Assembly (NCBI GenBank): GCA_963815115.1
Contig: CAWFFN010000007.1
Location: 672,001-736,000, forward strand
From: an uncultured delta proteobacterium
GTDB taxonomy: Bacteria; Desulfobacterota; Binatia; DP-6
Direction of reading: 5' to 3'
DNA: 64,000 nt
Shown here: in pieces, positions 39,406-48,894 of the stretch
Layout of the letters: the number at the start of each line of letters is the position of its first letter
How positions within the stretch are numbered: position 1 is the first letter of the stretch
Notes under the pieces: model-generated
What the model was told of the DNA's origin: nothing
Databases searched by the model: none
What the model saw: only the letters and a program-made list of their open reading frames with translations
Program-made: the position numbers and the translations under genes

Positions 39406-40839
39406 GTGGAGCTCGTACAGACACCCCAGCGGCGCGTACTGATCGTGGACGACGAAGCCGGAGTGCGCGAGTCGCTCCGCATGGTGCTGAAGAACGCCTA
39501 CGAGGCGGTGGCGGTCAGCTCGGCACCCGAGGCGCTCAGCCAGCTCGCGGCGGCATCGGTGGACGTCGTGCTGCTCGACATCGTCATGCCCGGCATCGAC
39601 GGCCTCGAGCTTCTGGAGGAGATCCGGGGCCGCCACCCCACCCTGCCGGTCGTGATGCTCACCGCCACCAGGACGGTGAAGACGGCGGTCACCGCCATGA
39701 AGCTCGGCGCGTTCGACTACCTCACCAAGCCTTTCGACGTCGACCAGCTGCGCGTCGTCCTCGACAAGGCGACCGAGAACGCCGCCCTCGTGCGCGAGGT
39801 GGAGGCGCTGCGCACCGAGGTCGGGCGGCGCTATCACATCGACAACATCGTCGGGCGCTCACCCGGCATGCAGGACGCCTTCAAGACCGTCCTGACGGTC
39901 GCTCCGCTGAAGACCACCGTCCTGATCACCGGAGAGAGCGGCACCGGCAAGGAGCTCATCGCCAAGGCCATCCACTACGGCAGCCCGCGGGCGCGCAAGC
40001 CGCTGGTCACGCTCAACTGCGCCGCGATCCCGGAGACGCTGCTCGAGAGCGAGCTCTTCGGGCACGAGCGCGGCTCCTTCACCGACGCCCACGCGAAGAA
40101 GCTCGGGCAGTTCGAGCTCGCCCACGAGAGCACCCTCTTCCTCGACGAGGTCGGCGAGATGGGTGCCGCGACCCAGGCGAAGCTGCTGCGCGTGCTCGAG
40201 CAGGGCGAGTTCCTGCGCGTGGGCGGCCAGCGGCCCGTGCGGGTCGACGTCCGCATCATCGCCGCCACCAACCGCGACCTGACGGTCGCGATGCGTGACG
40301 GCTGCTTCCGGCCGGACCTCTACTACCGCCTGAACGTCGTGTCGGTGCACCTGCCGCCGCTGCGCGAGCGGCGCGACGACCTCATCCCCCTCCTGCGGCA
40401 TTTCGTCGAGGGCAAGACCCGGGAGATGGGCATTCCCGAGAAGGTCATCCGTCCCGAGGCAGTCGACGCGCTCCTGCGCTACGCCTGGCCAGGCAACGTC
40501 CGCGAGCTCGAGAACCTGATCGAGCGCGTTCTCGTGCTGTCCGAGGGTCCCGCGGTGACGCTCGACGACCTGCCGGAGGCGCTGCGCGACGACGACGACC
40601 GCTCGCCCGCGGCGCTCCGGGACCAGGTGCTCGGGGGACGGAAGTCCCTCGGCGTCGCCGTCGACGAGTTCGAGCGCGACCTCATCCTCGAGACGCTCTA
40701 CCACACCGACTTCAACCAGACCCGGGCGGCGGCGAAGCTCGGCACCACCCGGCGCATCCTCAAGTACCGCATGGACCAGCTCGGCATCCACGCACCGGAG
40801 CGCGATGCCGCGCTACGTCCGGGGGCGCCCGCAGCTTGA
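39406..40839 (+). CDS. Sigma-54-dependent response regulator (NtrC/AtoC family)
   Basis: REC (IVDDE, LLDIVMP), [32 protein letters not shown], Fis HTH. Confidence 0.95.
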   Translation: MELVQTPQRRVLIVDDEAGVRESLRMVLKNAYEAVAVSSAPEALSQLAAASVDVVLLDIVMPGIDGLELLEEIRGRHPTLPVVMLTATRTVKTAVTAMKLGAFDYLTKPFDVDQLRVVLDKATENAALVREVEALRTEVGRRYHIDNIVGRSPGMQDAFKTVLTVAPLKTTVLITGESGTGKELIAKAIHYGSPRARKPLVTLNCAAIPETLLESELFGHERGSFTDAHAKKLGQFELAHESTLFLDEVGEMGAATQAKLLRVLEQGEFLRVGGQRPVRVDVRIIAATNRDLTVAMRDGCFRPDLYYRLNVVSVHLPPLRERRDDLIPLLRHFVEGKTREMGIPEKVIRPEAVDALLRYAWPGNVRELENLIERVLVLSEGPAVTLDDLPEALRDDDDRSPAALRDQVLGGRKSLGVAVDEFERDLILETLYHTDFNQTRAAAKLGTTRRILKYRMDQLGIHAPERDAALRPGAPAA

Positions 40840-40878
40840 CAGGTCCGGACCCCTCCGATAGCTGCGAAACCGGTCCCC

Positions 40879-42096
40879 ATGCGGCGCTCCGTGACCGGCA
40901 GCCACGCGGCTGTGCGTCCCGCTCTCGTGGTCGCGCTCGCACGCGCGGCCGCCGGAGAGGCGCTCTCCCGCGACCAGGCGATCGCCCTGCTCGACGATCC
41001 GGCCTGCACCGACCCGCTGCTCGACGTCGCCGGCGCGCGGCGCGACGCGCAGTGGGGCAGCACGGTCACCTACTCCCCGAAGGTCTTCCTGCCCGTCACC
41101 AACCTCTGTCGCGACCGCTGCACCTACTGCACGTTCCGCAAGGACCCCGACGACCCCGACGCCTGGACCATGCTGCCGGCGGACATCGAGGCCTGGTCCG
41201 CGCGCGGCCGCACGCTCGGCTGCAAGGAGGCACTCCTCTGCCTCGGTGACAAGCCCGAGCTGGCCTTCCGGGGCTACCGGGCCACCCTCGCGACGCTCGG
41301 GCACCGCACCACCGCCGAGTACGTCGAGCGAGCCTCCGCCATCGCCCTCGCATGCGGGCTCCTGCCCCACACCAATGCCGGGCTCCTCACCCACGACGAG
41401 ATGGCCCGCCTGCGCGACGTCAACGTCAGCCTCGGGCTCATGCTCGAGAACGTGTCGCCGCGGCTCCGCGGGCGCGGTCAGGTGCACCAGTGGGCCCCGG
41501 ACAAGGAGCCCGCCCTTCGCCTTCGCATGCTGCGCGAGGCGGGCGAGCTGCGCATCCCGTTCACCACCGGGCTCCTGATCGGCATCGGCGAGACCACGGC
41601 GGAGCGCGTCGACACGCTGCTCGCCATTCGCGACCTGCAGCGGGCGCACGGGCACATCCAGGAGGTCATCGTCCAGAACTTCCGCGCCAAGCCCACCATC
41701 CCGCTGGCCGATGCGCCGGAGCCGAGCGCGGTGGATCTCGCCCGCACCATCGCCGTGGCGCGACTCCTCCTCGACCCGGAGGTGAGCGTGCAGGCGCCGC
41801 CCAACCTGTCGCCCGACGATCACGCGCTCCTGCTGCGCGCCGGCCTGAACGACTGGGGCGGCATCTCGCCGCTCACGCCCGACTACGTCAACCCCGAGGC
41901 GCCGTGGCCGCACGTCGCTGCGCTGGCCGCCACGTGCCGCAGCGCCGGCTACACGCTCGCCGAGCGACTCGCCATCTATCCCCGTTACATCGAGCAGCCG
42001 GGCTGGCTCGCGCCCGCGCTGCGACCGCACGTCGAGGCGCTGGCCGCCGAGGCGCGCCGCACCGCGCCGGTAGCGCTGGAGGCATCATCCGCATGA
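40879..42096 (+). CDS. cofG: FO synthase subunit CofG
   Basis: TYSPKVFLPVTNLCRDRCTYC, LLPHTNAG, PDKEP, PFTTGLLIGIGE, NDWGGISP..DYVNPE. Confidence 0.93.
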   Translation: MRRSVTGSHAAVRPALVVALARAAAGEALSRDQAIALLDDPACTDPLLDVAGARRDAQWGSTVTYSPKVFLPVTNLCRDRCTYCTFRKDPDDPDAWTMLPADIEAWSARGRTLGCKEALLCLGDKPELAFRGYRATLATLGHRTTAEYVERASAIALACGLLPHTNAGLLTHDEMARLRDVNVSLGLMLENVSPRLRGRGQVHQWAPDKEPALRLRMLREAGELRIPFTTGLLIGIGETTAERVDTLLAIRDLQRAHGHIQEVIVQNFRAKPTIPLADAPEPSAVDLARTIAVARLLLDPEVSVQAPPNLSPDDHALLLRAGLNDWGGISPLTPDYVNPEAPWPHVAALAATCRSAGYTLAERLAIYPRYIEQPGWLAPALRPHVEALAAEARRTAPVALEASSA

Positions 42097-43349
42097 GCTG
42101 GTTCGACCCCTGGGACGCCATCGAGGCCGTTGCGCTGAACGACGACCCCGTCGAGCGGGCGATCGCCCGCGCCACCCCGGCCATCCGCCCGATCCTCGAC
42201 GGCGCGCTCACCCGCCGCGAGCCCAGCGTGGCCGACTGCGAGACGCTCCTCGGCGCCGAGGGCGACGACCTGGTCGCCCTGGTGCGCACGGCGGACACGA
42301 TCCGCGCCCAGGACGTCGGCGACGAGGTCACCTACGTCGTCAACCGCAACATCAACTTCACCAACGTCTGCTTCGTGAACTGTCAGTTCTGCGCCTTCAA
42401 GCGCCAGCGCTGGGAGTCGGACGCCTACACCCACGGCCTCGACGTCGTCCTCGGCAAGGTCGACGAGGCGATCGCGCGCGGGGCCACCGAGGTGTGCATG
42501 CAGGGTGGCATCAATCCCGACATGGAGGCGTTCACGTACCGGGACATCCTCGTCGCCATCAAGGCGCGCCACCCGCAGCTCCACGTCCACGCCTTCTCCC
42601 CGATGGAGATCATGTACGGGTCGCGACGGACGGGGCTCGCCTTCCCCGAGTACATCGCCATGCTGCGCGACGGCGGCCTCGGGTCGATTCCGGGCACGGC
42701 GGCCGAGATCCTCGACGACGAGGTGCGCGAGGTGCTGTCGCACAAGAAGGTGGACGTCCGCACCTGGGTCGAGATCATCACCACCGCGCACCGCCTCGGC
42801 GTGCCGACCACGTCGACGGTGATGTACGGCCACGTCGAGACCCCCGGCCACATCGCCCGGCACATCGACCTGCTCCGCTCGCTCCAGAAGGAGACCGGCG
42901 GCTTCACGGAGTTCGTTCCCCTCGGCTTCATCTGGGAGAACACCCAGCTCTACCGCGACGGCCGCGTCACGCCCCAGCCGAAGGGCCTGCGCGACCTTCG
43001 CATCTACGCGGCGAGCCGGCTGATGCTGCGGGGCTGGATCGACAACCTGCAGACGTCGTGGGTGAAGCTCGGCCACCGCCTGTCGCAGCTCACGCTCCGC
43101 GCGGGCTGCAACGACTTCGGCGGCACGTTGATGGAGGAGAGCATCTCGCGCGAGGCGGGTGCCGACGCGGGAGAGTACACCTCGGCGGAGGAGATCGAGG
43201 CGCTGGTGCGCGCCATGGGGCGCGCTCCCGTGCAGCGCACGACGCTCTACGGGCGGATCGGGGAGGACGGTGCCGCGCACGACCATCACGGTGCTGGCGG
43301 GTGGCGTGGGAGGAGCCCGCTTCCTGCGGGGCCTCTCGCGGCGCACTGA
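42093..43349 (+). CDS. cofH: FO synthase subunit CofH
   Basis: VTYVVNRNINFTNVCFVNCQFC, PGTAAEILDD, TMYGHVE-like motif, QTSWVKLG, NDFGGTLMEESISR. Confidence 0.93.
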   Translation: MSWFDPWDAIEAVALNDDPVERAIARATPAIRPILDGALTRREPSVADCETLLGAEGDDLVALVRTADTIRAQDVGDEVTYVVNRNINFTNVCFVNCQFCAFKRQRWESDAYTHGLDVVLGKVDEAIARGATEVCMQGGINPDMEAFTYRDILVAIKARHPQLHVHAFSPMEIMYGSRRTGLAFPEYIAMLRDGGLGSIPGTAAEILDDEVREVLSHKKVDVRTWVEIITTAHRLGVPTTSTVMYGHVETPGHIARHIDLLRSLQKETGGFTEFVPLGFIWENTQLYRDGRVTPQPKGLRDLRIYAASRLMLRGWIDNLQTSWVKLGHRLSQLTLRAGCNDFGGTLMEESISREAGADAGEYTSAEEIEALVRAMGRAPVQRTTLYGRIGEDGAAHDHHGAGGWRGRSPLPAGPLAAH

Positions 43350-44217
43350 TCCCCGGCGGCTCGCCATCATCGGCAACACCGGCGACGACGAGGAGTTCTT
43401 CGGGCTCCACGTCGCGCCCGACCTCGACACGGTGCTCTACACGCTCACCGGCCGGGCCGATCCGGATCGGGGCTGGGGCCTCGGCGGCGAGACCTTCGCG
43501 TGCCTGGGCGCCCTCGGCCGGCTCGGGGAGCCCACCTGGTTCCAGCTCGGCGACCGTGATCTGGCGACGCACCTGTGGCGGACCATGCACCTGCGGGCGG
43601 GGTGGCCGCTGTCCCGCGTCACCCGCGAGCTCGCGCGCCGCCACGGCTTGCGCGCCACGCTGCTCCCGATGAGCGACGATCGCGTGCGCACCTTCGTCCA
43701 CACCGAGTCGGGCCGCCTGCCCTTCCAGGCCTACCTGGTGCGCGGGCGTGGACGCGGCCGCGTGCGCCGCATCGAGATCGCCGGCGCGGCCCGCGCGCGT
43801 CCCGCCCCCGGGGTGCTCGCCGCGCTCGCTCACAGCCGAGCCATCCTGATCGCGCCCTCGAACCCGCTGGTCTCGGTCGGGCCGATCCTCGCCGTTCCGC
43901 CGATCCGTCGCGCCCTCACCCGCCGCCGCGCGCCGGCGGCGGCGATCTGCCCGCTGGTCGGTGGCCGACCCGTTCGCGGTCCGCTCCATCGGATGCTGCG
44001 CGGGCTCGGGATGGAGGTGTCCCCGCCGGGCATCGCTCGCCTCTATCGCGGGCTGATCGACTGCTTCGTGCTCGACGGGGCCGACGCACGCTGGACGACG
44101 GCGGTGCGCGCCCTCGGCATGCGGGTGCTGCTCACCGACACCCTGATGCACACGCCCGCCGACGCCGCCCGGCTTGCAGCCACCGTGCTGCGCGCGCTAG
44201 GCGTGGAGGCCACGTGA
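43270..44217 (+). CDS. cofD: 2-phospho-L-lactate transferase CofD
   Basis: LAGGVGGARFL, NTGDD, APDLDTVLY, GDRDLATH, PSNPLVSVGPIL; GGAGG RBS before GTG. Confidence 0.93.
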   Translation: MPRTTITVLAGGVGGARFLRGLSRRTDPRRLAIIGNTGDDEEFFGLHVAPDLDTVLYTLTGRADPDRGWGLGGETFACLGALGRLGEPTWFQLGDRDLATHLWRTMHLRAGWPLSRVTRELARRHGLRATLLPMSDDRVRTFVHTESGRLPFQAYLVRGRGRGRVRRIEIAGAARARPAPGVLAALAHSRAILIAPSNPLVSVGPILAVPPIRRALTRRRAPAAAICPLVGGRPVRGPLHRMLRGLGMEVSPPGIARLYRGLIDCFVLDGADARWTTAVRALGMRVLLTDTLMHTPADAARLAATVLRALGVEAT

Positions 44218-44257
44218 GTGGCCGACTTTCGATAGATTTGCGCGCCGGAGGCGCCGC

Positions 44258-45015
44258 GTGACAGTCGCCGTGATCCCGGTTCCGGGGCTGCCGATGATCC
44301 AGCCCGGCGACGATCTTGCCGCCCTCGTCGGCGACGCGATCGATGCGGCGCGCGTGGGGCTGAAGGCGCTCGACGTGGTCGTCGTGTGCCAGAAGGTCGT
44401 GTCCAAGGCCGAGGGGGCGATCGTCGACCTCGACGACGTCGAGCCCTCGGCCTTCGCGATCCATCTGACGTCGCGCACCGAGAGCGGGAAGGATCCCGTG
44501 CCTTCGAGGTCGTGCTGCGCGAGGCGGCGCGCATCGTCCGCATGGATCGCGGCCACGTGATCGTCGAGACCCGGCACGGCTGGGTGTGCGCCAACGCCGG
44601 GGTCGACGAGTCGAACGGGCTCGGGCCTGGCGTGCTCACCCTCCTGCCGCGCGATGCCGACGCGTCCGCGACGACGCTGCGCGAGCGCCTGGTGGAGCGC
44701 TTCGCGGTCGATCTCGCCGTCGTCGTCACCGACACGTTCGGGCGGCCGTGGCGCGAGGGCCTGGTCGAGGTGGCGCTCGGATGCGCCGGGATGGACCCGC
44801 TGCTCGACTTCCGCGGCCGCGGCGACCTGCACGGCAAGGAGCTCCATCACACCGTGGTGGCGCTGGCCGACGAGGTGGCCGCGGCCGCCGGGCTGGTGAT
44901 GGAGAAGGACAGCGGCGTCGCCGTGGCGATCGTGCGCGGGGTGCACTATTCACCGGGGCCGGGCGGGGCGGCGGCGCGGCTGGTGCGGAAAGCGGAGTTC
45001 GATCTGTTCCGCTAG
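44258..45015 (+). CDS. cofE: F420-0:gamma-glutamyl ligase CofE, with one frameshift near 44497
   Basis: GLPMIQPGDDL, QKVVSKAEG, then in the next frame CANAGVDESN and TDTFGRPWREG; gatccc-gtgcc lacks one C of KDPRA. Confidence 0.88.
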
Positions 45016-45033
45016 TGGTCGCCGGGTGCGCTC

Positions 45034-45435
45034 CTACGCCACCATTCCTCGCGCACTCGGCACGTCGTGTGCGGCCAGGGGCATCGGCTCCTGGACCCGC
45101 TGCTTCCGGATCGCGCGCCGCAGCCGCCGAGGATCCAGATCGAGTCCCTCACACAGGTTCTCGAAGCTGAACGGCCACCGGCGATCCCTGCTGGCCACGT
45201 AGGCGACCGCAGCGCGGAGCTGGCGGGTCGTGGGCGACCCGTGGCCGGCGGCGCGCCGGTAGGCCGAGCCCCGAACGTCGTCCACCACCCCCTGCAACAC
45301 GGCCGCCATCAGCCGCCGCTCCGGCTCGGCCGTCAGGTCAGTCCTCGTCGCGTTTCGAGCAACGCTCTTCAGCTTCACGCCGGCCCTCACGCAACTCGGC
45401 CCAGAATCGGGCGCGCTTCTGCACGGAGTCTTCAT
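45034..45435 (-). CDS. Conserved hypothetical helical protein (EPERRLMAAVL..WPFSFENLCE.L.LDP)
   Basis: Coherent helical motif pattern with possible HTH-like end; start uncertain. Confidence 0.7.
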   Translation of the reverse strand: MKTPCRSAPDSGPSCVRAGVKLKSVARNATRTDLTAEPERRLMAAVLQGVVDDVRGSAYRRAAGHGSPTTRQLRAAVAYVASRDRRWPFSFENLCEGLDLDPRRLRRAIRKQRVQEPMPLAAHDVPSARGMVA

Positions 45436-45833
45436 GGGCGCGTGGGTCTGGCGTTCCGATCTCGGCACGACCGAGCCGCAGCGACCCGACCGTCCGCCGC
45501 AACGCCACTCTCTGCTCCGGGGCAGGCCCCGCGTTGCCAGCGCGTTGCCACACCCGCTCCCAGTGGCGCGCGGCCAGCGCACACCCAAGCCATATCCACA
45601 TCGGACGTCACCTCCTCGCAGCCTGGATCAGGCGCCGACGACGCGGAGGCCATTACCGCGGGGCGGTGGGATCATCTCTCGTACCCTGCCCGTGTTTCCG
45701 ACCAGGGCGAAGGTCACTGAGACGACTCGTTCATGACGCTACGCCCCGGCACCGCCGGCGTCAAACGACGCCGAAACGCCCGCGCCGCCGCGCCCGAACA
45801 AAACATGTGAGCACGCCCCGAGGCGATCGAGCA

Positions 45834-46460
45834 TCAGGAGGTGTGCGGTCCGGGCCACGCGCCGTTCGGATACCCGCCGGCGGCCGCGACCCGATGCCGC
45901 TCGGCCACGCGATCGGCGACGGACAGTACGGGCGTCGCCGTGGCTCCGCTGCCGTCCCGGATGCTGACCCGGATGCCCTGCCGGCCGAGGCGGGCAAACC
46001 GGTCCCGAACCCCGGCGAGGCCACCCGCGACGCTCCCCGCCACGGTGAGCTCCAGCCGCGATCCGCGGCCGGCGCGCACCGCGTCCTCCGTGATGGTCTC
46101 GGCAACGTACGGAGTGAGCCACGCCGTGCGCTCGACCGTGCCGCCCGGCCTGCCGACGCCGGGCACGATGCGGGCCCAGATGCGAGTCGGGGACTCGGCG
46201 CCGCGCGATTCCTCGCAGCGAGCTCCGATGAGGAGGTCGGTTGCACGGACGAGATCGCCAAAGCTGCGCACGCCGTCCAGGATGGGCTCCGGCACCTCGA
46301 TCGCGAACGCCGCCTCGAGCGCCATCGCCAGCTCGACGAGATCGAGCGAGTCGGCCGCCAGATCGTCACGCAGAGAAACCTCGGACGCCAGCTCATCCAC
46401 CCCGACGCCGAGATGGTCGGCGACCAGGCGACGCACGGTCAGTTCCATCGGCGCGCGCAT
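45834..46460 (-). CDS. Acyl carrier protein domain fused to an unknown C-terminal alpha/beta domain
   Basis: VRRLVADHLGV..LRDDLAADSLDLVELAMALE..F carries the phosphopantetheine Ser motif. Confidence 0.82.
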   Translation of the reverse strand: MRAPMELTVRRLVADHLGVGVDELASEVSLRDDLAADSLDLVELAMALEAAFAIEVPEPILDGVRSFGDLVRATDLLIGARCEESRGAESPTRIWARIVPGVGRPGGTVERTAWLTPYVAETITEDAVRAGRGSRLELTVAGSVAGGLAGVRDRFARLGRQGIRVSIRDGSGATATPVLSVADRVAERHRVAAAGGYPNGAWPGPHTS

Positions 46461-46856
46461 CTAGCGCTGGCCGAACCGGCGCCCCGTGTCTACCTGCTTT
46501 GCGCTCACCGCGACGGGGATGGCGTCGCCGAGGGAGCCGAGGCCGATCTTCGCTGCCGGGGCGACGCCGTTCGGACCACGGAGGCTCGCGACCGCCAGCC
46601 AGCCCTCAACGCCGCCGGACGTCGCGCGAACGCGGTAGCGGGCCCCCCGGAACCCGTTCGGCCGCCAGGCGATGATCTCCACCTCGGTGCCGTCGACGAG
46701 GTTCCCCAGCGCCTTGCTGCCGGCGTCGTCCGTCAGTGCCACGCGGGTCGGCTGGCCGCCCGAGCACGTCACAGAGACTCGCTGGCCGACTGCGAAGACG
46801 GGACCGCGGGGACGGACCGGAGCGGGTCCGCGGCGCGGGCCCCAGCTGAATGGCAT
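46461..46856 (-). CDS. Small SH3-like beta-barrel protein
   Basis: AAGGAG RBS; LVDGTEVEII..YRVRA..GVEGWL; stop abuts the ACP start (TAGATG). Confidence 0.7.
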   Translation of the reverse strand: MPFSWGPRRGPAPVRPRGPVFAVGQRVSVTCSGGQPTRVALTDDAGSKALGNLVDGTEVEIIAWRPNGFRGARYRVRATSGGVEGWLAVASLRGPNGVAPAAKIGLGSLGDAIPVAVSAKQVDTGRRFGQR

Positions 46857-47220
46857 GGGTATCTCCTTGAGCGCGGCCTGAGTTGCATGCGAGCCGCGCG
46901 GAGGCCATCGGGCGCGGAGCGGGGCGAGGAGCCCAGGGTAGTCTCGTGCGTGCCGGCTGTCAACTTCGTCGACAGCCAGCGGCTCAGTTTGCCTCTCGTA
47001 CTGCTTGATTTCTGGCAGGCAGCTCGCGGGCGCCGGCCTCGAGCGCCGCCGCCAGTGGCCGGCGAGGGACGACGCGGGGCGGTTGCCACCGTGCCCCGGC
47101 GACATCCGCCGGTGCGACATGCGCGTCACCGGGGGGCACGCGCCGCATCGGGTGCACCGCGGCGCCGCAGACCCTCCGCTTTCGCCCCATCCTGGCCTCG
47201 CGTAGAGTCTACAGGCCTGG

Positions 47221-48795
47221 ATGTACGAGGCCTTCTACGGATTCCGGGAGTCCCCGTTCCGGATCACCCCGGACCCGCGGTTCCTCTATCGCAATGGCGC
47301 GATCGACGAGGCGGTCGCCGCCCTCACCTATGGCGTCGAGCAACGCAAGGGCTTCCTGAGCCTCGTCGGCGAGGTGGGCACCGGGAAGACCACGCTCCTG
47401 CGCCACCTCCTCGACTCGGTCGCGCCGAGCACCCGCACCGTCCTCCTGCTCTACCCGACCGTCCAGTTCGAGGAGATGCTGGAGTACATCCTCCACGAGC
47501 TCGGCATCCCCACCGAGGGAGCCGGCAAGCTCGTGATGCTCCAGCGCCTGCACGAGTTCCTCCTCGAGCACACCGCGGCGGGTGGCAACGCCGCGCTGCT
47601 GATCGACGAGGCGCAGGACCTCGATGCCCGCGTCCTCGAGGAGCTCCGCCTGCTGTCCAATCTCGAGACCGGGACACAGAAGATCCTCCAGATCGTGCTC
47701 GCCGGCCAGCCGGAGCTCGAACGCAAGCTCGCCCAGCCCGACCTGCGACAGCTCCGCCAGCGCATCACGCTCCACGTGCGGCTGCGAACCTTCTCGCCGC
47801 GCGAGGTGGCCGCGTACGTCCGCGCCCGGCTGGAGCTGGCCGGCGCCAGCGACCTCTCCATCTTCGCACCCGACGCGCTGGAGCGGGTCGCGGAGGTGAC
47901 CCAGGGCATTCCCCGGCTCGTGAACGTGCTGTGCGACGCGTGTCTGGTGACCGGCTTTGCGACCGGCAGCCGCAGCATCACCCGCGCGCTGGTCGACGAG
48001 ACCTGGGCCGACTACGCAGCCCTCTCGGCACCTGCCGAGTCCGAGGCCGCATCGGCGCCCGCCTTTCCCGCCCCACCCGTGCCGCCCGAGCCCGCCGCCG
48101 CCGTGGTCCGCGACGACGCTGCACCGCTGGCACGCATCCCCCAGCCCGAGCCAGCTCGGAGTGCGGACGCCGTCCCACCGGCGGGCGCCGCCTCGGCACC
48201 CGAGCGGGCGCCGGCGCCGGCGGAGCCCGTCGACGCGGAGCCCGCTCCTTCGGGTCGGCCCCGCCGGCGGAGTCGCGGGCGGCGGGTCGCGATCTGGCTG
48301 GTGGCGATCGCGGCCTCGAGTGCCGCGCTCGCACTGTGGGCGATCCGCTCGGAGCGCTTGCCGCCGCTGTCCGCGCTCGCCGCGGCGCTGGCGCCGGCGA
48401 GGGCGCCGAGCCCCGAGGAGACGCGCACCGTGATCGAGGGCTTCCGTCAGGCCCACGAGCAGCGCGACGCGGCCCGCCTGGCGGCCCTCTTCGCGGCCGA
48501 TGCCACCAGCAACGGCCGGCAAGGCGCCGACGCGATCGCCGCCTCCTACCGCGCGCTGTTCGCCCGCCTGAGCCAGATATCGTACGCCCTCCCGGACGTC
48601 ACCGTCACGCCGGACGGCACCCGTACGATCGCGTCGGGTCCGTTCCGCATGAACTTCCACAGCGCCGACGGTGACGGCGACCTGCATGGCACCGTGCTCT
48701 GGACGCTCGAGCGTCGCCGTGGCGTGCCGCGCATCGTCTCCATGCGCTACACGTTCGACCCGGACAGCGGCGGCGATACCACCGCCGCCCGATAG
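47221..48795 (+). CDS. ExeA/GspA-like AAA ATPase with Pro/Ala linker, TM helix and NTF2/SnoaL-like C-terminus
   Basis: MYEAFYGFRESPFRITPDPRF, GEVGTGKT, LIDEAQ, LAGQPEL, GIPRLVN. Confidence 0.9.
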   Translation: MYEAFYGFRESPFRITPDPRFLYRNGAIDEAVAALTYGVEQRKGFLSLVGEVGTGKTTLLRHLLDSVAPSTRTVLLLYPTVQFEEMLEYILHELGIPTEGAGKLVMLQRLHEFLLEHTAAGGNAALLIDEAQDLDARVLEELRLLSNLETGTQKILQIVLAGQPELERKLAQPDLRQLRQRITLHVRLRTFSPREVAAYVRARLELAGASDLSIFAPDALERVAEVTQGIPRLVNVLCDACLVTGFATGSRSITRALVDETWADYAALSAPAESEAASAPAFPAPPVPPEPAAAVVRDDAAPLARIPQPEPARSADAVPPAGAASAPERAPAPAEPVDAEPAPSGRPRRRSRGRRVAIWLVAIAASSAALALWAIRSERLPPLSALAAALAPARAPSPEETRTVIEGFRQAHEQRDAARLAALFAADATSNGRQGADAIAASYRALFARLSQISYALPDVTVTPDGTRTIASGPFRMNFHSADGDGDLHGTVLWTLERRRGVPRIVSMRYTFDPDSGGDTTAAR

Positions 48796-48894
48796 GATCC
48801 GCCTCGCCGGCGCGATGCGCGCCGCCACGGCCGCACGCCGCGGAGGGCGCTCGCGGTTGAACTGCAAGGACAAACGTGGTCGATTTGTCGGTGC

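Noticed and set aside
42093-43349. MqnC/MqnE menaquinone radical SAM enzyme
   Set aside because: The operon context with cofG, cofD and cofE and the NRNINFTN and SWVKLG motifs fit CofH better.
45535-45550. Sigma-54-like TGGCAACGCGCTGGCA on the minus strand
   Set aside because: Only GG-N10-GC is met and it arises from a cgcgttgcca tandem repeat; too weak to call.
45534-48674. Very long ORFs such as 45534..48674, 47209..50079, 59617..62427 and 9962..12550
   Set aside because: Arg/Pro/Ala-rich shadow frames overlapping well-supported genes, as expected at high GC.
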